A stretch of 64,000 bases of DNA, from contig OZ242260.1 in the NCBI GenBank assembly GCA_965207065.1, forward strand, positions 672,001-736,000. Direction: 5' to 3'. The notes beneath the pieces are model-generated. The model made no database searches, was not told the origin of the DNA, and saw only the letters and a program-made list of their open reading frames with translations. The translations under genes were made by a program, and so were the position numbers. Positions 30,327 to 40,214 of the stretch are shown here, piece after piece. Position 1 is the first letter of the stretch, and the number at the start of each line of letters is the position of its first letter. This DNA is from a bacterium. Its GTDB lineage: Bacteria > UBA8248.

Positions 30327-30710
30327 GTGGCCTCACGAACCCATCACGTGCACCACGTCGCCAAGGATCCCCAGGCGGCGGCGGATTTCTACATCAACCA
30401 CTTCGGCGGCGAGCTTTACACGCCCGAGATTGAATACCGGGGTTCTCCCTACATCAGCGTGATGCTCGGGGAGGTGGAAATCCGCATCCGCGGCCTGAGA
30501 GCCGATGAGGACGATTCCATGGCGAAGGTGGGCCGCGGACTCCACCACTTCGGAATCCAGGTGGACGGCATCGACGAAGTGGCCGAACGCCTGGAGAAAG
30601 CGGGCGTCGTCTTCACGAAAAAACCGGGAGACGGCGTTCTGGGTTCGAGGACGGCCTTCATCATCGCGCCCGATAACGTCGTGATCGAACTGGTGGAAGA
30701 ACCTGAATAA
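30327..30710 (+). CDS. VOC/glyoxalase-family protein
   Basis: HHVH, GLHHFGIQV and APDNVVIELVE. Confidence 0.88.
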   Translation: MASRTHHVHHVAKDPQAAADFYINHFGGELYTPEIEYRGSPYISVMLGEVEIRIRGLRADEDDSMAKVGRGLHHFGIQVDGIDEVAERLEKAGVVFTKKPGDGVLGSRTAFIIAPDNVVIELVEEPE

Positions 30711-30791
30711 CGGTTCATTTTTCATGAAATACATACGGGGCGTCAGTCGCGGTTTACTATTCCAGCCGCGAGAGCATCCCTACAACAGGAG

Positions 30792-32021
30792 ATGAAATTC
30801 ATGCCGGGATTCGCGCGGGGCCAATTCAACGTCGACTACGAGGAGCGCGTCGACGTGGGCGCGCTTCGCCAAAAGCGCGTGGACAAGGCGCAAAGGGCGA
30901 TGGCCGAAGCGGATATCGACGCCCTGTTCCTCTGGAAGGTGGAGAACGTGCGCTATCTCACGAGCATGAGGTCTTCTTTTCTGGCGCACCGCGAGGGAAC
31001 GAGAAACGCCGTCATCCTCCCGCGAGAGGGAAGAGCGCACGTCATGACCAACGGCGGGGAGATACCCCGCGTCTCGCGCGACATGCCCTGGATAGAGAAA
31101 TTTCATCACCTGGCTAAAATGGAGGAACAACCCCTCGTGGACAAGATGATCCGCGAGACGCTGCGACCCCTCTTCGAAGAGCTGGGCCTCATCGGCAAGC
31201 GGGTGGGCCTGGATCTCATGACGTTCATTCAGTTCAGCGCCTACCAGAAGCATCTGGACGACGTGGAGTTCGTGAACGGCGATTCGTTCATGCACAAGGT
31301 GCGCAGGCACAAGATGCCCGAGGAGGTCTACATGATCCGCGAGGCCTGCGCGATAGCCGACGCCGTCAATGAGGAGGCGATGGACAGCGTACGGGCCGGA
31401 AAACGCGAGTGCGACGTGGCCGCCGACGCCATGAAGGTGCTCCACCACTACGGGGGCGAAATGGCGCACCTGGTCTCCCCCTTCGTGGCCTCGGGCGAGC
31501 ACATGTCGCCCCCCTACCGCTTCGCGAGCGACAAGATTATCCGCAGCGGCGACATGGTGTTCATCGACATCGGCGCGCAGTGGAACGGGTATTTCGGCGA
31601 CGTGGCCCGGACGATGATCTGCGGGAAACCCTCGAAGCGGCAAAAGGAAATCTACACCGCCGTACACGAATCCCTGCAGTTGGGACTCGAACGCACCCGC
31701 CCCGGCTTCACGAACAAGCAGGTGGCCGAGCGAATCTGGGAGACGGGCGAGAAATACGGCTTGCGGAAGAACTGGTTCTCGCTCAGCATCGGCCACGCGC
31801 TGGGCACCTCGCCCAACGAGCCTCCCTACATCGGAGAACCGGACCCTGATTCCGAGGAAGTCGACCTGGAACCGGGCATGGTGTTCGCCATCGAGCCGCT
31901 CATCTGGGTGCCCGACGTGCCCGGAGGCGGCGGCGTACGCATCGAGGAGACGGTGCTCATCACCGAAGAGGGAAACGAGGTGCTGACGCGCTCGCGCATG
32001 GACGATCGCCTGCTTCTTTGA
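30792..32021 (+). CDS. M24 Xaa-Pro peptidase-like metallohydrolase
   Basis: Canonical D/D/H/E/E ligands in FIDIG, YFGDVAR, IGHALG, AIEP and RIEE. Confidence 0.9.
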   Translation: MKFMPGFARGQFNVDYEERVDVGALRQKRVDKAQRAMAEADIDALFLWKVENVRYLTSMRSSFLAHREGTRNAVILPREGRAHVMTNGGEIPRVSRDMPWIEKFHHLAKMEEQPLVDKMIRETLRPLFEELGLIGKRVGLDLMTFIQFSAYQKHLDDVEFVNGDSFMHKVRRHKMPEEVYMIREACAIADAVNEEAMDSVRAGKRECDVAADAMKVLHHYGGEMAHLVSPFVASGEHMSPPYRFASDKIIRSGDMVFIDIGAQWNGYFGDVARTMICGKPSKRQKEIYTAVHESLQLGLERTRPGFTNKQVAERIWETGEKYGLRKNWFSLSIGHALGTSPNEPPYIGEPDPDSEEVDLEPGMVFAIEPLIWVPDVPGGGGVRIEETVLITEEGNEVLTRSRMDDRLLL

Positions 32022-32178
32022 GACGCGCATCTCTCGAATCCGCCAAGACGCCTGAAAATACAAGAATAATCAAAACGAAGCCGAACCTTCCGCGACTCGT
32101 GATCCCGATTGAAGGCGGTGGATTCGCGGCGTAGAATGCCCGCGCATTTCCCATACAGGATCATTCAGGAGGCTTGCT

Positions 32179-33279
32179 TTGGCGCTTTTCGACAGGAACG
32201 AACTCGGCGTCGCCGTCGTGGGCGCCGGACGCATCGGCACGCACCGCTCGCGCCTCGCGGCGCAACACCCGGCCGTTCGCTTTCTCGCCATCTCGGACGC
32301 AGAGCCCGAACGCGCCGAGGCCTTGGGCTCCCGCGTGGGGGCGCAGGTGGTGTCGGGAAGCAACGAGGAGGTCATCTCCCACCCCGACGTCGGCGCCGTC
32401 ATCGTTTCGACTTCGGAGTTCGCCCATGTGGAGCCGGTGCTTCAGGCTCTGGAACTCGGCAAGCCGGTTCTCGTGGAAAAGCCGATCGCCATGACGCTTG
32501 AAGACGCCGACCGGCTGCTCACCACTGCGGAGAAATACGAGACAGACCTGCGGGTGGGCTACATCATGCGATACAAGCGGCGTTATTTCCTGGGGAAAGA
32601 ACAGATACAGCAGGGCCGTCTGGGAAGGCTCATCGGCGCAACGGGCCGCGTATTCAACACCAGGGCGCAGGCGTTCGAGATATTGAAACGCTCGGCGGAC
32701 GCCACGCCCGTTCTCGACGTGCTCACCTACTGGGTCGACATGATGTGCTGGTTTATGGAAGGAAACCCGCCGGTGGAGGTGATATGCCGGGGAGGAGGCT
32801 TCGTCTTCAAGGAGGCGGGATATCCGAAGGTGGACGACGTGAGCTGGTCGATCATCACCTTCGCCGACGGCGCGACCGTGAACCTGGGCATCTGCTACGC
32901 GCTGCCCGCGAAATACCCCACCGCGGGGCAGAGCATCCGCCTGGAAGTCATCGGCACGGACGGCGTGATGCTCTTCGATGAGGACCACAAGGAGAACATC
33001 CTCTACACCGAAAAGGGCTACCCGCACGCCTACGTTCCAGACCACAATCTGCCGATGGTCTTTCTCGGCAGCACGTCCTCAGGCGACTGGGCGCTCGACA
33101 CCATGTACGGCCCCATCGGCGATGAGACGAGGAACTGGCTGGACCACCTCTCCACGGGGCGGCCCTGCCATCTCGCCACGGCGGAAGACGCGCGTCAGAC
33201 CCTGGAGGTGACCATCGCCATGGAGGAATCGGCCCGCACCGGCGACGCCGTGAGACTCCCTTTGGGAGAGGGGCACTAG
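32179..33279 (+). CDS. Gfo/Idh/MocA-family oxidoreductase
   Basis: VVGAGRIG and GKPVLVEKP. Confidence 0.9.
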   Translation: MALFDRNELGVAVVGAGRIGTHRSRLAAQHPAVRFLAISDAEPERAEALGSRVGAQVVSGSNEEVISHPDVGAVIVSTSEFAHVEPVLQALELGKPVLVEKPIAMTLEDADRLLTTAEKYETDLRVGYIMRYKRRYFLGKEQIQQGRLGRLIGATGRVFNTRAQAFEILKRSADATPVLDVLTYWVDMMCWFMEGNPPVEVICRGGGFVFKEAGYPKVDDVSWSIITFADGATVNLGICYALPAKYPTAGQSIRLEVIGTDGVMLFDEDHKENILYTEKGYPHAYVPDHNLPMVFLGSTSSGDWALDTMYGPIGDETRNWLDHLSTGRPCHLATAEDARQTLEVTIAMEESARTGDAVRLPLGEGH

Positions 33280-33412
33280 GGCATAATGCTTTTTTGCTTG
33301 AATAAATGGCGCGCGCCGTGCCATACCAGTATGCAGGCGGTGAATCCGGCGCCGCGCGCGACACAAGATGAAGCGAAGGTGGGAAATACTTCCCCGGTGA
33401 ATGGTCTTTAGA

Positions 33413-34939
33413 ATGAACCAAGCAAATCCGTTTCACGCCAGAAAGAGCGGCATCCTGATGCATCCCACCTCATTGCCGAGCGAGACGGGCTTCGGCGATC
33501 TGGGCCCCAGGGCATTCGAGTTCGTCGACCAACTCGCAGCCTCCGGCCAGAGCTGGTGGCAGATGCTGCCCGTATGTCCGACCGACGAGACGGGTTCTCC
33601 TTACGTTTCCTCATCCACGTTCGCAGGAAATCCGCTCCTGATATCGCTCGATACGCTCGCCGAAGAAGGGCTGTTCTCCCCGAAAGCTCTGGTAAACCAC
33701 CGCCCGCCAGCTGGGGGGAAAATCGAACCGGTCCAAGCGCTCCAAGCCCAGGAATCGCTTCTCGCAGATGCGTTCGAGGCATTCTCGAACGGCGGCGGTG
33801 CAAACGAAGCGGCATACACGGAGTTCTGCGAGTCGCAAGCAGGATGGCTGGCCGATTACGCGAGGTTCCGTGCGCTCAAGCGTGCGTTCGGCGGCTCCGC
33901 CTGGTGGGAGTGGCCCGAGGATTCAGGGCACAAGGACCCCGACGATCCCGCCTTCGATAAAAACATCCGCTACACGCAATTCGAGCAGTTCATCTTCCAC
34001 CGCCAATGGCGCGCACTCAAGGAATACGCCGCAGGGAAAGGGGTCGGCCTGATCGGCGACATCCCCATCTACGTCGCCCATGATTCGGCCGACGTATGGG
34101 CGAAGACGCACCTGTTCGAACTCGATGAATCGCGCAGGCCGACCGCCTACGCCGGTGCGCCGCCCGATTACTTCAACCAGGACGGCCAGCATTGGGGGAA
34201 CCCCCTCTACGACTGGGCCGCGCACTTTGATGAGAATTTCGCCTGGTGGAAGATGCGCATGGCCGTGAACGTCACCCGGTTCAACGCGTTGCGCCTCGAT
34301 CATTTCATCGGCTTCGCGCGCTTCTGGGCGATTCCTGCGGATGCGGAATCACCCAAAGACGGCGCCTGGCGCGAAGGGCCGGGAGAGGCCATTTTCAGCG
34401 CACTGGAGGAAGAATTGGGCGCGTTGCCGCTCATCGCCGAAGATCTGGGTTCGGTGGGAGACGACGTGCACGCCCTGCGCGATCGTTTCGGTCTGCCGAG
34501 TATGCGCGTGTTGCAGTTCGCCTTCGACGGCAGCCCGGACAACCCGCATCTGCCCCACAACATTCCCGAGAACGCGGTGGTCTACACCGGCACGCACGAC
34601 AACGACACCGCCCAGGGCTGGTTCCACGGCGGGGACCCGATTCTGCGCAACGAAACGCCCGCAGGCTTCGCCATATCGCGCGCCTCGGCGCTCAGGACCT
34701 TCGGCGGCGAACCGGAGGACATCCACTGGTCGATGATCCGAGCGGCGATGAAATCACAGGCCGCGCTCGCCATCATCCCCGCCCAGGACGTCCTGGGCCT
34801 CGGCAACGAAGGCCGCATGAACCGCCCCGGCGTCCCGGAGGGCAACTGGGTCTGGCGGATGAGCGAAGGCGCATGGAACGGGGAAATTGAGGCGCGACTC
34901 TTAAGCATGACGCAGAAAAGCGGCCGGGCGCCCGAGTGA
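33413..34939 (+). CDS. malQ: 4-alpha-glucanotransferase (amylomaltase, GH77)
   Basis: GILMHPTSLP, GDIPIYV, GQHWGNPLY, RLDHFIG, IAEDLG and YTGTHDNDT. Confidence 0.96.
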   Translation: MNQANPFHARKSGILMHPTSLPSETGFGDLGPRAFEFVDQLAASGQSWWQMLPVCPTDETGSPYVSSSTFAGNPLLISLDTLAEEGLFSPKALVNHRPPAGGKIEPVQALQAQESLLADAFEAFSNGGGANEAAYTEFCESQAGWLADYARFRALKRAFGGSAWWEWPEDSGHKDPDDPAFDKNIRYTQFEQFIFHRQWRALKEYAAGKGVGLIGDIPIYVAHDSADVWAKTHLFELDESRRPTAYAGAPPDYFNQDGQHWGNPLYDWAAHFDENFAWWKMRMAVNVTRFNALRLDHFIGFARFWAIPADAESPKDGAWREGPGEAIFSALEEELGALPLIAEDLGSVGDDVHALRDRFGLPSMRVLQFAFDGSPDNPHLPHNIPENAVVYTGTHDNDTAQGWFHGGDPILRNETPAGFAISRASALRTFGGEPEDIHWSMIRAAMKSQAALAIIPAQDVLGLGNEGRMNRPGVPEGNWVWRMSEGAWNGEIEARLLSMTQKSGRAPE

Positions 34940-35133
34940 GGACCGTCACCCTCCATCAAAATTCCTTTTCAAGCACAACTTGGCACATACCTCTATTTTA
35001 TTCCATGTCGTAACGAATTCCGTTCAACATTCCCTAATGTCTTAATATATTCCACTTGACACAAGCGCGATCTTGTGGAATAACATCAATCGAATCGCGG
35101 ATGTTCCGTGAACCGTTAATTGGAGGTTGTGAC

Positions 35134-35847
35134 ATGGATAATGACACCCTGGTTCCCGTTTACCTTTCCCTTCGTACATTTCTTGGTGCGATCGCAAACT
35201 TGAGGGAAAATGGACTTCCGAGCAAAGTCGACAAGTCCGTGTTTGGTTCAAGGTCTGGTGCAGATCAATCTCAAATTATAAGTGCATTCAAGTTCCTTGG
35301 CCTTATTGATATGGAAAACAATACACAACAAATCCTCAGGGAATTGGTTAATTGCCAAGAAAAATCAATAGAAGAAAAAAGCATTTTAGGAAAAATTCTT
35401 GCTGACCGTTACTCAAAAGTTTTCGAGCTTAACCTGCAAACTGCCACTCCCATGCAAGTTTCAACAACAATCGGTGAATATGGCTCTAAAGGGACAACCA
35501 AGGATCGTGCCGTTCGATTTTTAATTAAAGTTTTAGAATATTGTGAGATAGACATATCTCCAAGACTGACCGAGGGAAACCGTACTAGGCGCCGCTCCTC
35601 CACCAACAATGCTAAAAATGGTGGCTCTAAATCTCCTAAACAGAAGAAGAAACAAGATGACAAGCTTACGGAATCTGCACCTAGTCGTCAGGCTATGAAA
35701 ACAATCAACTTGCCTGAAGCCAAAGGCGAATTGTCTGTCACTGGCACATTCAATCCATTTGAGTTGGTTGGAGGTGAACGTGAACTTGTGTTTGGAATTA
35801 TTGATTTGATGGAAGAATACGAGAAGAAAGCTAAATCGTCTTCGTAA
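35134..35847 (+). CDS. Uncharacterised protein, DUF5343-like, in an AT-rich islet
   Basis: GGAGGT RBS. The N-terminus (PVY...GLPSKVDKSVF...SQIISAFKFLGLID) resembles DUF5343 from memory, unverified. Visibly lower GC than flanking genes. Confidence 0.7.
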   Translation: MDNDTLVPVYLSLRTFLGAIANLRENGLPSKVDKSVFGSRSGADQSQIISAFKFLGLIDMENNTQQILRELVNCQEKSIEEKSILGKILADRYSKVFELNLQTATPMQVSTTIGEYGSKGTTKDRAVRFLIKVLEYCEIDISPRLTEGNRTRRRSSTNNAKNGGSKSPKQKKKQDDKLTESAPSRQAMKTINLPEAKGELSVTGTFNPFELVGGERELVFGIIDLMEEYEKKAKSSS

Positions 35848-35937
35848 TTTAATAACATTGAAAGAAAGGAAAGCCGTTATGAGAAGATTTCTAGCCTCTA
35901 TGTTTTATTGCTCACCGAGCATGGAGGCGATAACCAT

Positions 35938-36024
35938 AAAAAAGGGCCACTCCCTGAAGCCCTCATAAGCACAGGGGAGTGGCCCATGGTGGGTCCCATT
36001 CTCAAGATTGCCTAAGCCAGACCC
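35938..36024 (-). ncRNA. Candidate small RNA (~87 nt) with its own sigma70 promoter and intrinsic terminator
   Basis: TTGCAT-17nt-GATAAT at 36059-36031, then a GGGTC...GACCC hairpin and a GGGCCACTCCC...GGGAGTGGCCC hairpin followed by T6. Confidence 0.55.
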
Positions 36025-36112
36025 AAAAATATTATCATGCTATCTTGCTTACAATGCAAGAGAACGATTTAGTCATCACCATTATTGCGGGGAGATAAAA
36101 TCCCATTCCCCC

Positions 36113-36640
36113 TCACCTCACGGGCGGAATCTCGAAGGCGTTCAGGGTCAGGGAGATGGCCGTATAAAAGCCCACGAGGGCGGTTAAGTCGACGACACCC
36201 TTCTCGCCCAGGAGAGTAAACGCCTCCTGATAGGCGGCGTCCGACGCCTTTTTGGTTTCGAGCAACTCGGTGCAATACCTGTAAACGCAAAGTTCAAGCT
36301 CCGTGCCCCCGGTGGGCGTTTCCTGCACCATCACCGCGGCGACGAGGGCGGGCGTCAGACCGCTGGCGAGCGCTTGCGCCTCGTGCGCGGAATAAGCGTA
36401 GGTCGCCCCCATGTGGCGCGTCGTGATGATGATGACGAGTTCGCGGATGTCTTCGGTGATGACGCTTTCCTCATAATAAAACTTCATGAGATTGCGCAGG
36501 GCGATGACAAGGCCGGGGCTTCTCAACCAGGCGCCGAAAGGCCCGCGCACGCCGCCGCGCTGGTTGGCGATGAGATCCTCATAGGCTTCTTTCTGACGGG
36601 GCGGCATAGATTCGGGTTCAAGCGGTGCGAGACGGCTCAT
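36113..36640 (-). CDS. Carboxymuconolactone decarboxylase (CMD/AhpD-like) family protein
   Basis: GPFGAWLRSP, RELVII, AHEAQA and VVDLTALVGFY. Confidence 0.85.
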   Translation of the reverse strand: MSRLAPLEPESMPPRQKEAYEDLIANQRGGVRGPFGAWLRSPGLVIALRNLMKFYYEESVITEDIRELVIIITTRHMGATYAYSAHEAQALASGLTPALVAAVMVQETPTGGTELELCVYRYCTELLETKKASDAAYQEAFTLLGEKGVVDLTALVGFYTAISLTLNAFEIPPVR

Positions 36641-36728
36641 CGGCAGCTCTCCTTATGGCGTCGTTCGTTCATGAATTTTGCTACAATGGCGAAAATATCC
36701 GTTTCTCTTATTCTAAGCGAGGTATCTC

Positions 36729-37154
36729 ATGAACTTCGAAGATGCAAGACCGTTTATGGAGAAAAACCACAAGGGGGTGGTCACGAGCTTGAGGCCGGAC
36801 GGCACGGCGCAATCGAGCGTCATCGTTTGCGGAGCGTATGAGGACTGCGCGGCGTTCGTCATCGTGCGCGGCTGGTCGGTGAAGCTGGGGAACCTGCGCA
36901 AGAACCCCCAGTGCACGGTGCTCTACGTCACCCCCGACTGGCGCACCTGGGTGAGCGTGGAGGGGAAGGCCAGACTCTTCGACTACGAAAACACCGACAA
37001 AGAGGATATGCGCGTGATGTTCCGCGAGGTGTTTCGCGCCTGCGGGGACTCGGACCATCCCGACTGGGAGGAATACGACCAGGCGATGGTGGACCAGGGC
37101 GCAGTGGCCGTGCTGGTCACGCCCGAGCGCGTCTACGGGCGTCTACCGGCTTAA
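36729..37154 (+). CDS. PPOX-class (split beta-barrel) putative F420-dependent oxidoreductase
   Basis: TSLRPDGTAQSS, KLGNLRKNP, VSVEG and HPDWEEY. Confidence 0.85.
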   Translation: MNFEDARPFMEKNHKGVVTSLRPDGTAQSSVIVCGAYEDCAAFVIVRGWSVKLGNLRKNPQCTVLYVTPDWRTWVSVEGKARLFDYENTDKEDMRVMFREVFRACGDSDHPDWEEYDQAMVDQGAVAVLVTPERVYGRLPA

Positions 37155-38080
37155 TCCTCGAGCGATTCGAGGAAGGCGGCGATGCCCTCATCGAGTGAGA
37201 AGCTGTGCCGCCAGCCGGTTTTCTGCGCAAACGCGCTTGCGTCGAGACCGATTCTGAACACCTCGCCCGCGCGCAAGGGCGCGCGCTCCACGCTCACGGG
37301 GGTTTCGCCCATCCGGCGGCAGAGGATATCCAGCAGCGTCTCCACTTCGGTGACGACGCCCGTACCGATGTTGTAGGCCCCGCCGTCCGCACCGCCTTTC
37401 GCCGCAGTGGTGAACGCATCGACCACGTCTTTCACATAGACGTAATCGCGCCCCGCGCGGCCGTGTCCATAGAGCGTGAGGGGCTCGGCATTCGTCAGTT
37501 TTTCCGCAAAAATCGATATCACGCCCGCATCGAGAGAGGGGCGCTGCCTTGGCCCGTACACGTTGGCGAGACGCAGCGATACGACGGGCAGCCCGAAATA
37601 CGCCCCGTAGAAGGCGAGATGCCGCTCGCCCGCCACCTTGCTCATGCCGTAATGGGAGGCGGGTGCAAGCGGGCAGTTCTCATCCACAATCTCCTCTTCG
37701 GGATCGCCGTAGCAGGCTCCGCCCGTTGCGGCGTAGATGACTCGGGGCATGGAACCCATGCTCCTGGCCGCTTCCAGGACGCTGAGCGTGCCCAGGACGT
37801 TCACGCGCGCATCCAGGAGGGGATCGGCCAGGCTGTGCGTCACGCTCGACTGGGCCGCCAGATGGTGGATGACGGCGGGAGAAGCCTCGTCCACCACGCG
37901 GCGCATGAACCCCGCATCGGCTATGTCGCCCTCGCAAAAAACCGCTCCGGTGGAAATGTCCTCCACCAGGCCAGAGGCGAGATTATCCACCACCCAGACG
38001 GAATCACCCGCTTCCAGGCAGGCTTCCACCACATGAGAGCCGATGAAACCGGCGCCTCCGGTCACCAACACGTTCGCCAT
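37151..38080 (-). CDS. NAD-dependent epimerase/dehydratase (GalE-like)
   Basis: TGGAGFIGS, YGMSK and NVYGPRQ. Confidence 0.9.
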   Translation of the reverse strand: MANVLVTGGAGFIGSHVVEACLEAGDSVWVVDNLASGLVEDISTGAVFCEGDIADAGFMRRVVDEASPAVIHHLAAQSSVTHSLADPLLDARVNVLGTLSVLEAARSMGSMPRVIYAATGGACYGDPEEEIVDENCPLAPASHYGMSKVAGERHLAFYGAYFGLPVVSLRLANVYGPRQRPSLDAGVISIFAEKLTNAEPLTLYGHGRAGRDYVYVKDVVDAFTTAAKGGADGGAYNIGTGVVTEVETLLDILCRRMGETPVSVERAPLRAGEVFRIGLDASAFAQKTGWRHSFSLDEGIAAFLESLED

Positions 38081-38269
38081 ACGGAATCCTCAATTCATAT
38101 CAAAATGCAGCAATTGCGCGAAAATCCAACCATCACGGATTGCGGCTCGGATTTCAACCACGGGCCGTGTTTTGACAGAGTGTGGGAAAATTGCGATTCG
38201 GGGATTGCGATGCGATGCGCCTTTGGGAACCACTGCCTTTAAGGGGGTTGTTGAAAGACCTCTTTCCGC

Positions 38270-38383
38270 CTCATCCTGAGTAGCGGTGAAACCGCGTATC
38301 GAAGGATGCCCTCTCCCCCAGCGCGAGGCGTTCGACTCCCCTCGCCCTTCGATACGCCGCCTTCGGCGGCTACTCAAGGTGAG
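38270..38383. repeat. Inverted pair of REP-like palindromes
   Basis: CTCATCCTGAGTAGC...CGTATCGAAGG and its inverted copy CCTTCGATACG...GCTACTCAAGGTGAG. Confidence 0.7.
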
Positions 38384-38677
38384 GGAGGAGCGGCGTCGCG
38401 AGTCAAACGCGATTGATGAAGAGTTGTTGAAAAAGCCCTTGAGTAGGGAAAGGCAACCCCCTTGAAAGAGAAACCCCATAAGGGCAACCCCCCCTACTCT
38501 CTAAAAGGGGTCTTTTTCAACAACTCCTTGAGGGTCTGGCTTCCCGAGGGGAAAGCCAGACGATGAAGCCGAGCGGTTTGTGTGAAGGCTGAATCGATGG
38601 GGGGACATGCCATAGAAAAAAACTCCCCCCACCGACTCCCCCTCAAAGGGTTGTTGAAAAAGCTCCATGCGGCAGAG

Positions 38678-38855
38678 TTTGTCGTCATTCCGGCGCATAC
38701 CGGAATGACGACAAAAACCGCATTCACCCGTAGGGGCGGCCCCCCGTGGCCGCCCGTATCGGATATGTCCATCCACGTGGTTGCGCTTCGAAGGGACAGG
38801 CACAGAGGCATCGAACTGGTCACAGCCTCGGACAGGCACGGGGGCCTGTCCCTAC
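38678..38855. repeat. GTCATTCCGG-type hairpin plus an inverted GTAG-type REP pair
   Basis: TTTGTCGTCATTCCGG-N6-CCGGAATGACGACAAA. GTAGGGGCGGCC...GGCCGCCC at 38730 and GGACAGGC...GCCTGTCCCTAC at 38830-38855. Confidence 0.7.
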
Positions 38856-39123
38856 AAACCATCTACTTGCAGGCTATCCATACGGGTTTTTCAACAGACC
38901 CCTTAAGGGGGGAGTTGATTATTCACACCTCTTTTCCGGCAATTATCATCATGGAAGGAAGTGAATTTAACCAAGCCTGAGAGAGGAACAATTCAGAACA
39001 ATTGAATGCTCGGCGAATTACGAGCACAAACCCCGAAATCGCCCCGTTCGCTTTGCCGGAACCAACTGCTCCTGATAGCCTTGGCGTCGCCGTCAACAAG
39101 TTCGTCGCAAGGAGAAATGCGTT

Positions 39124-40116
39124 TTGGCCAAGTATCTCGTAACAGGAGCCGCCGGCTTCATCGCCTCCAGGGTGTGTGAATTCCTGTTGGATGAGGGCCA
39201 CGCCGTCGTGGGGGTCGACGACATGAACGACGCATACGACACGCGGCTGAAGGACTACCGGCTCGCGCGTCTCAAGGCGCGGCCCGGCTTCGTTTTTCAT
39301 GAAGCCGACATCACCCGTCCCGACCCCTTGCGCGCGTTGTTCACGCAAAACGCCAAAGGAGACGCACCGCCTTTCGACGCCGCCCTGAACCTGGCCGCGC
39401 GCGCCGGCGTAAGGCAGTCCATCGAGAATCCCTGGGTGTATTTCGAGACCAACGTCACCGGCGCGCTGAACCTGCTGGAGCTCTGCAAGGAATTCGGCGT
39501 GATGAAGTTCGTGCTCGCCTCCACCTCGAGCGCCTATGGGGCGGATACGCCCGCACCTTTCCGGGAGGACGCCCCGAGCGACAGGCCGCTATCGCCCTAC
39601 GCGGCCTCCAAGAAAGCGGCCGAGACGCTCTGCCACACCTATCACCACCTGTTCGGGATCGACGTGAGCGTGCTGCGCTACTTCACCGTATACGGCCCGG
39701 CCGGGCGGCCCGACATGAGCCTTTTCCGCTTCACGCAGTGGATAGCCGAGGGAAAACCCGTCCTCGTCTATGGAGACGGAACGCAGGAGCGCGATTTCAC
39801 CTACGTGGACGACATCGCCCGGGGCACTATCGCGGCCATCAAGCCGGTCGCGTATGAAATCATCAATCTGGGGTCGGATGAGCCCGTCGTCCTGAACGAC
39901 GCGATCGCCCGCATCGAGGCCCTGGTGGAGAAAAAAGCCCTGATTCGCCACGAGGAGATGAACCCCGCGGACGTCAAGGCTACATGGGCGAACATCGAGA
40001 AGGCGGAGAGGCTCTTGGGCTGGCGGCCCCGGGTGGGGTTCTCGGACGGCCTCGCGCATCTGGTGGAGTGGTACGCAGCCAACCGCGAATGGACGAAGGA
40101 TATTCGTACCGGCTAG
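39124..40116 (+). CDS. NAD-dependent epimerase, UDP-glucuronate 4-epimerase-like
   Basis: TGAAGFIA, LAARAGVR, YAASKK and FTVYGPAGRPDM. Confidence 0.9.
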   Translation: MAKYLVTGAAGFIASRVCEFLLDEGHAVVGVDDMNDAYDTRLKDYRLARLKARPGFVFHEADITRPDPLRALFTQNAKGDAPPFDAALNLAARAGVRQSIENPWVYFETNVTGALNLLELCKEFGVMKFVLASTSSAYGADTPAPFREDAPSDRPLSPYAASKKAAETLCHTYHHLFGIDVSVLRYFTVYGPAGRPDMSLFRFTQWIAEGKPVLVYGDGTQERDFTYVDDIARGTIAAIKPVAYEIINLGSDEPVVLNDAIARIEALVEKKALIRHEEMNPADVKATWANIEKAERLLGWRPRVGFSDGLAHLVEWYAANREWTKDIRTG

Positions 40117-40214
40117 CGAAGCCCCGGTGGCTACATTCCCCCGCGCGTTACCGCTCCGGGGCGTGATGCTCTACACTGAGGATAACTTTCACCCCACTAC
40201 CGGCAGGAGATGAC

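Larger units (their letters stand above)
38243..38902. mobile_element. Non-autonomous MITE-like composite with IS-like terminal inverted repeats and TTAA flanks
   Basis: Left end GGGGGTTGTTGAAA, right end TTTCAACAGACCCC, with TTAA at 38239-38242 and 38903-38906. Internal TIR copies at 38421, 38512-38526 and 38648. No transposase. Confidence 0.65.

Noticed and set aside
38324-38345. tRNA suggested by GTTCGACTCCC
   Set aside because: No cloverleaf can be built, and it lies in the spacer of a REP pair.
38239-38906. CRISPR array
   Set aside because: The repeats are inverted and heterogeneous, with no regular repeat-spacer period and no cas genes.
38090-38980. ORFs 38090-38479, 38494-38862 and 38582-38980
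   Set aside because: They are translations across palindromic repeats with no protein-like motifs.
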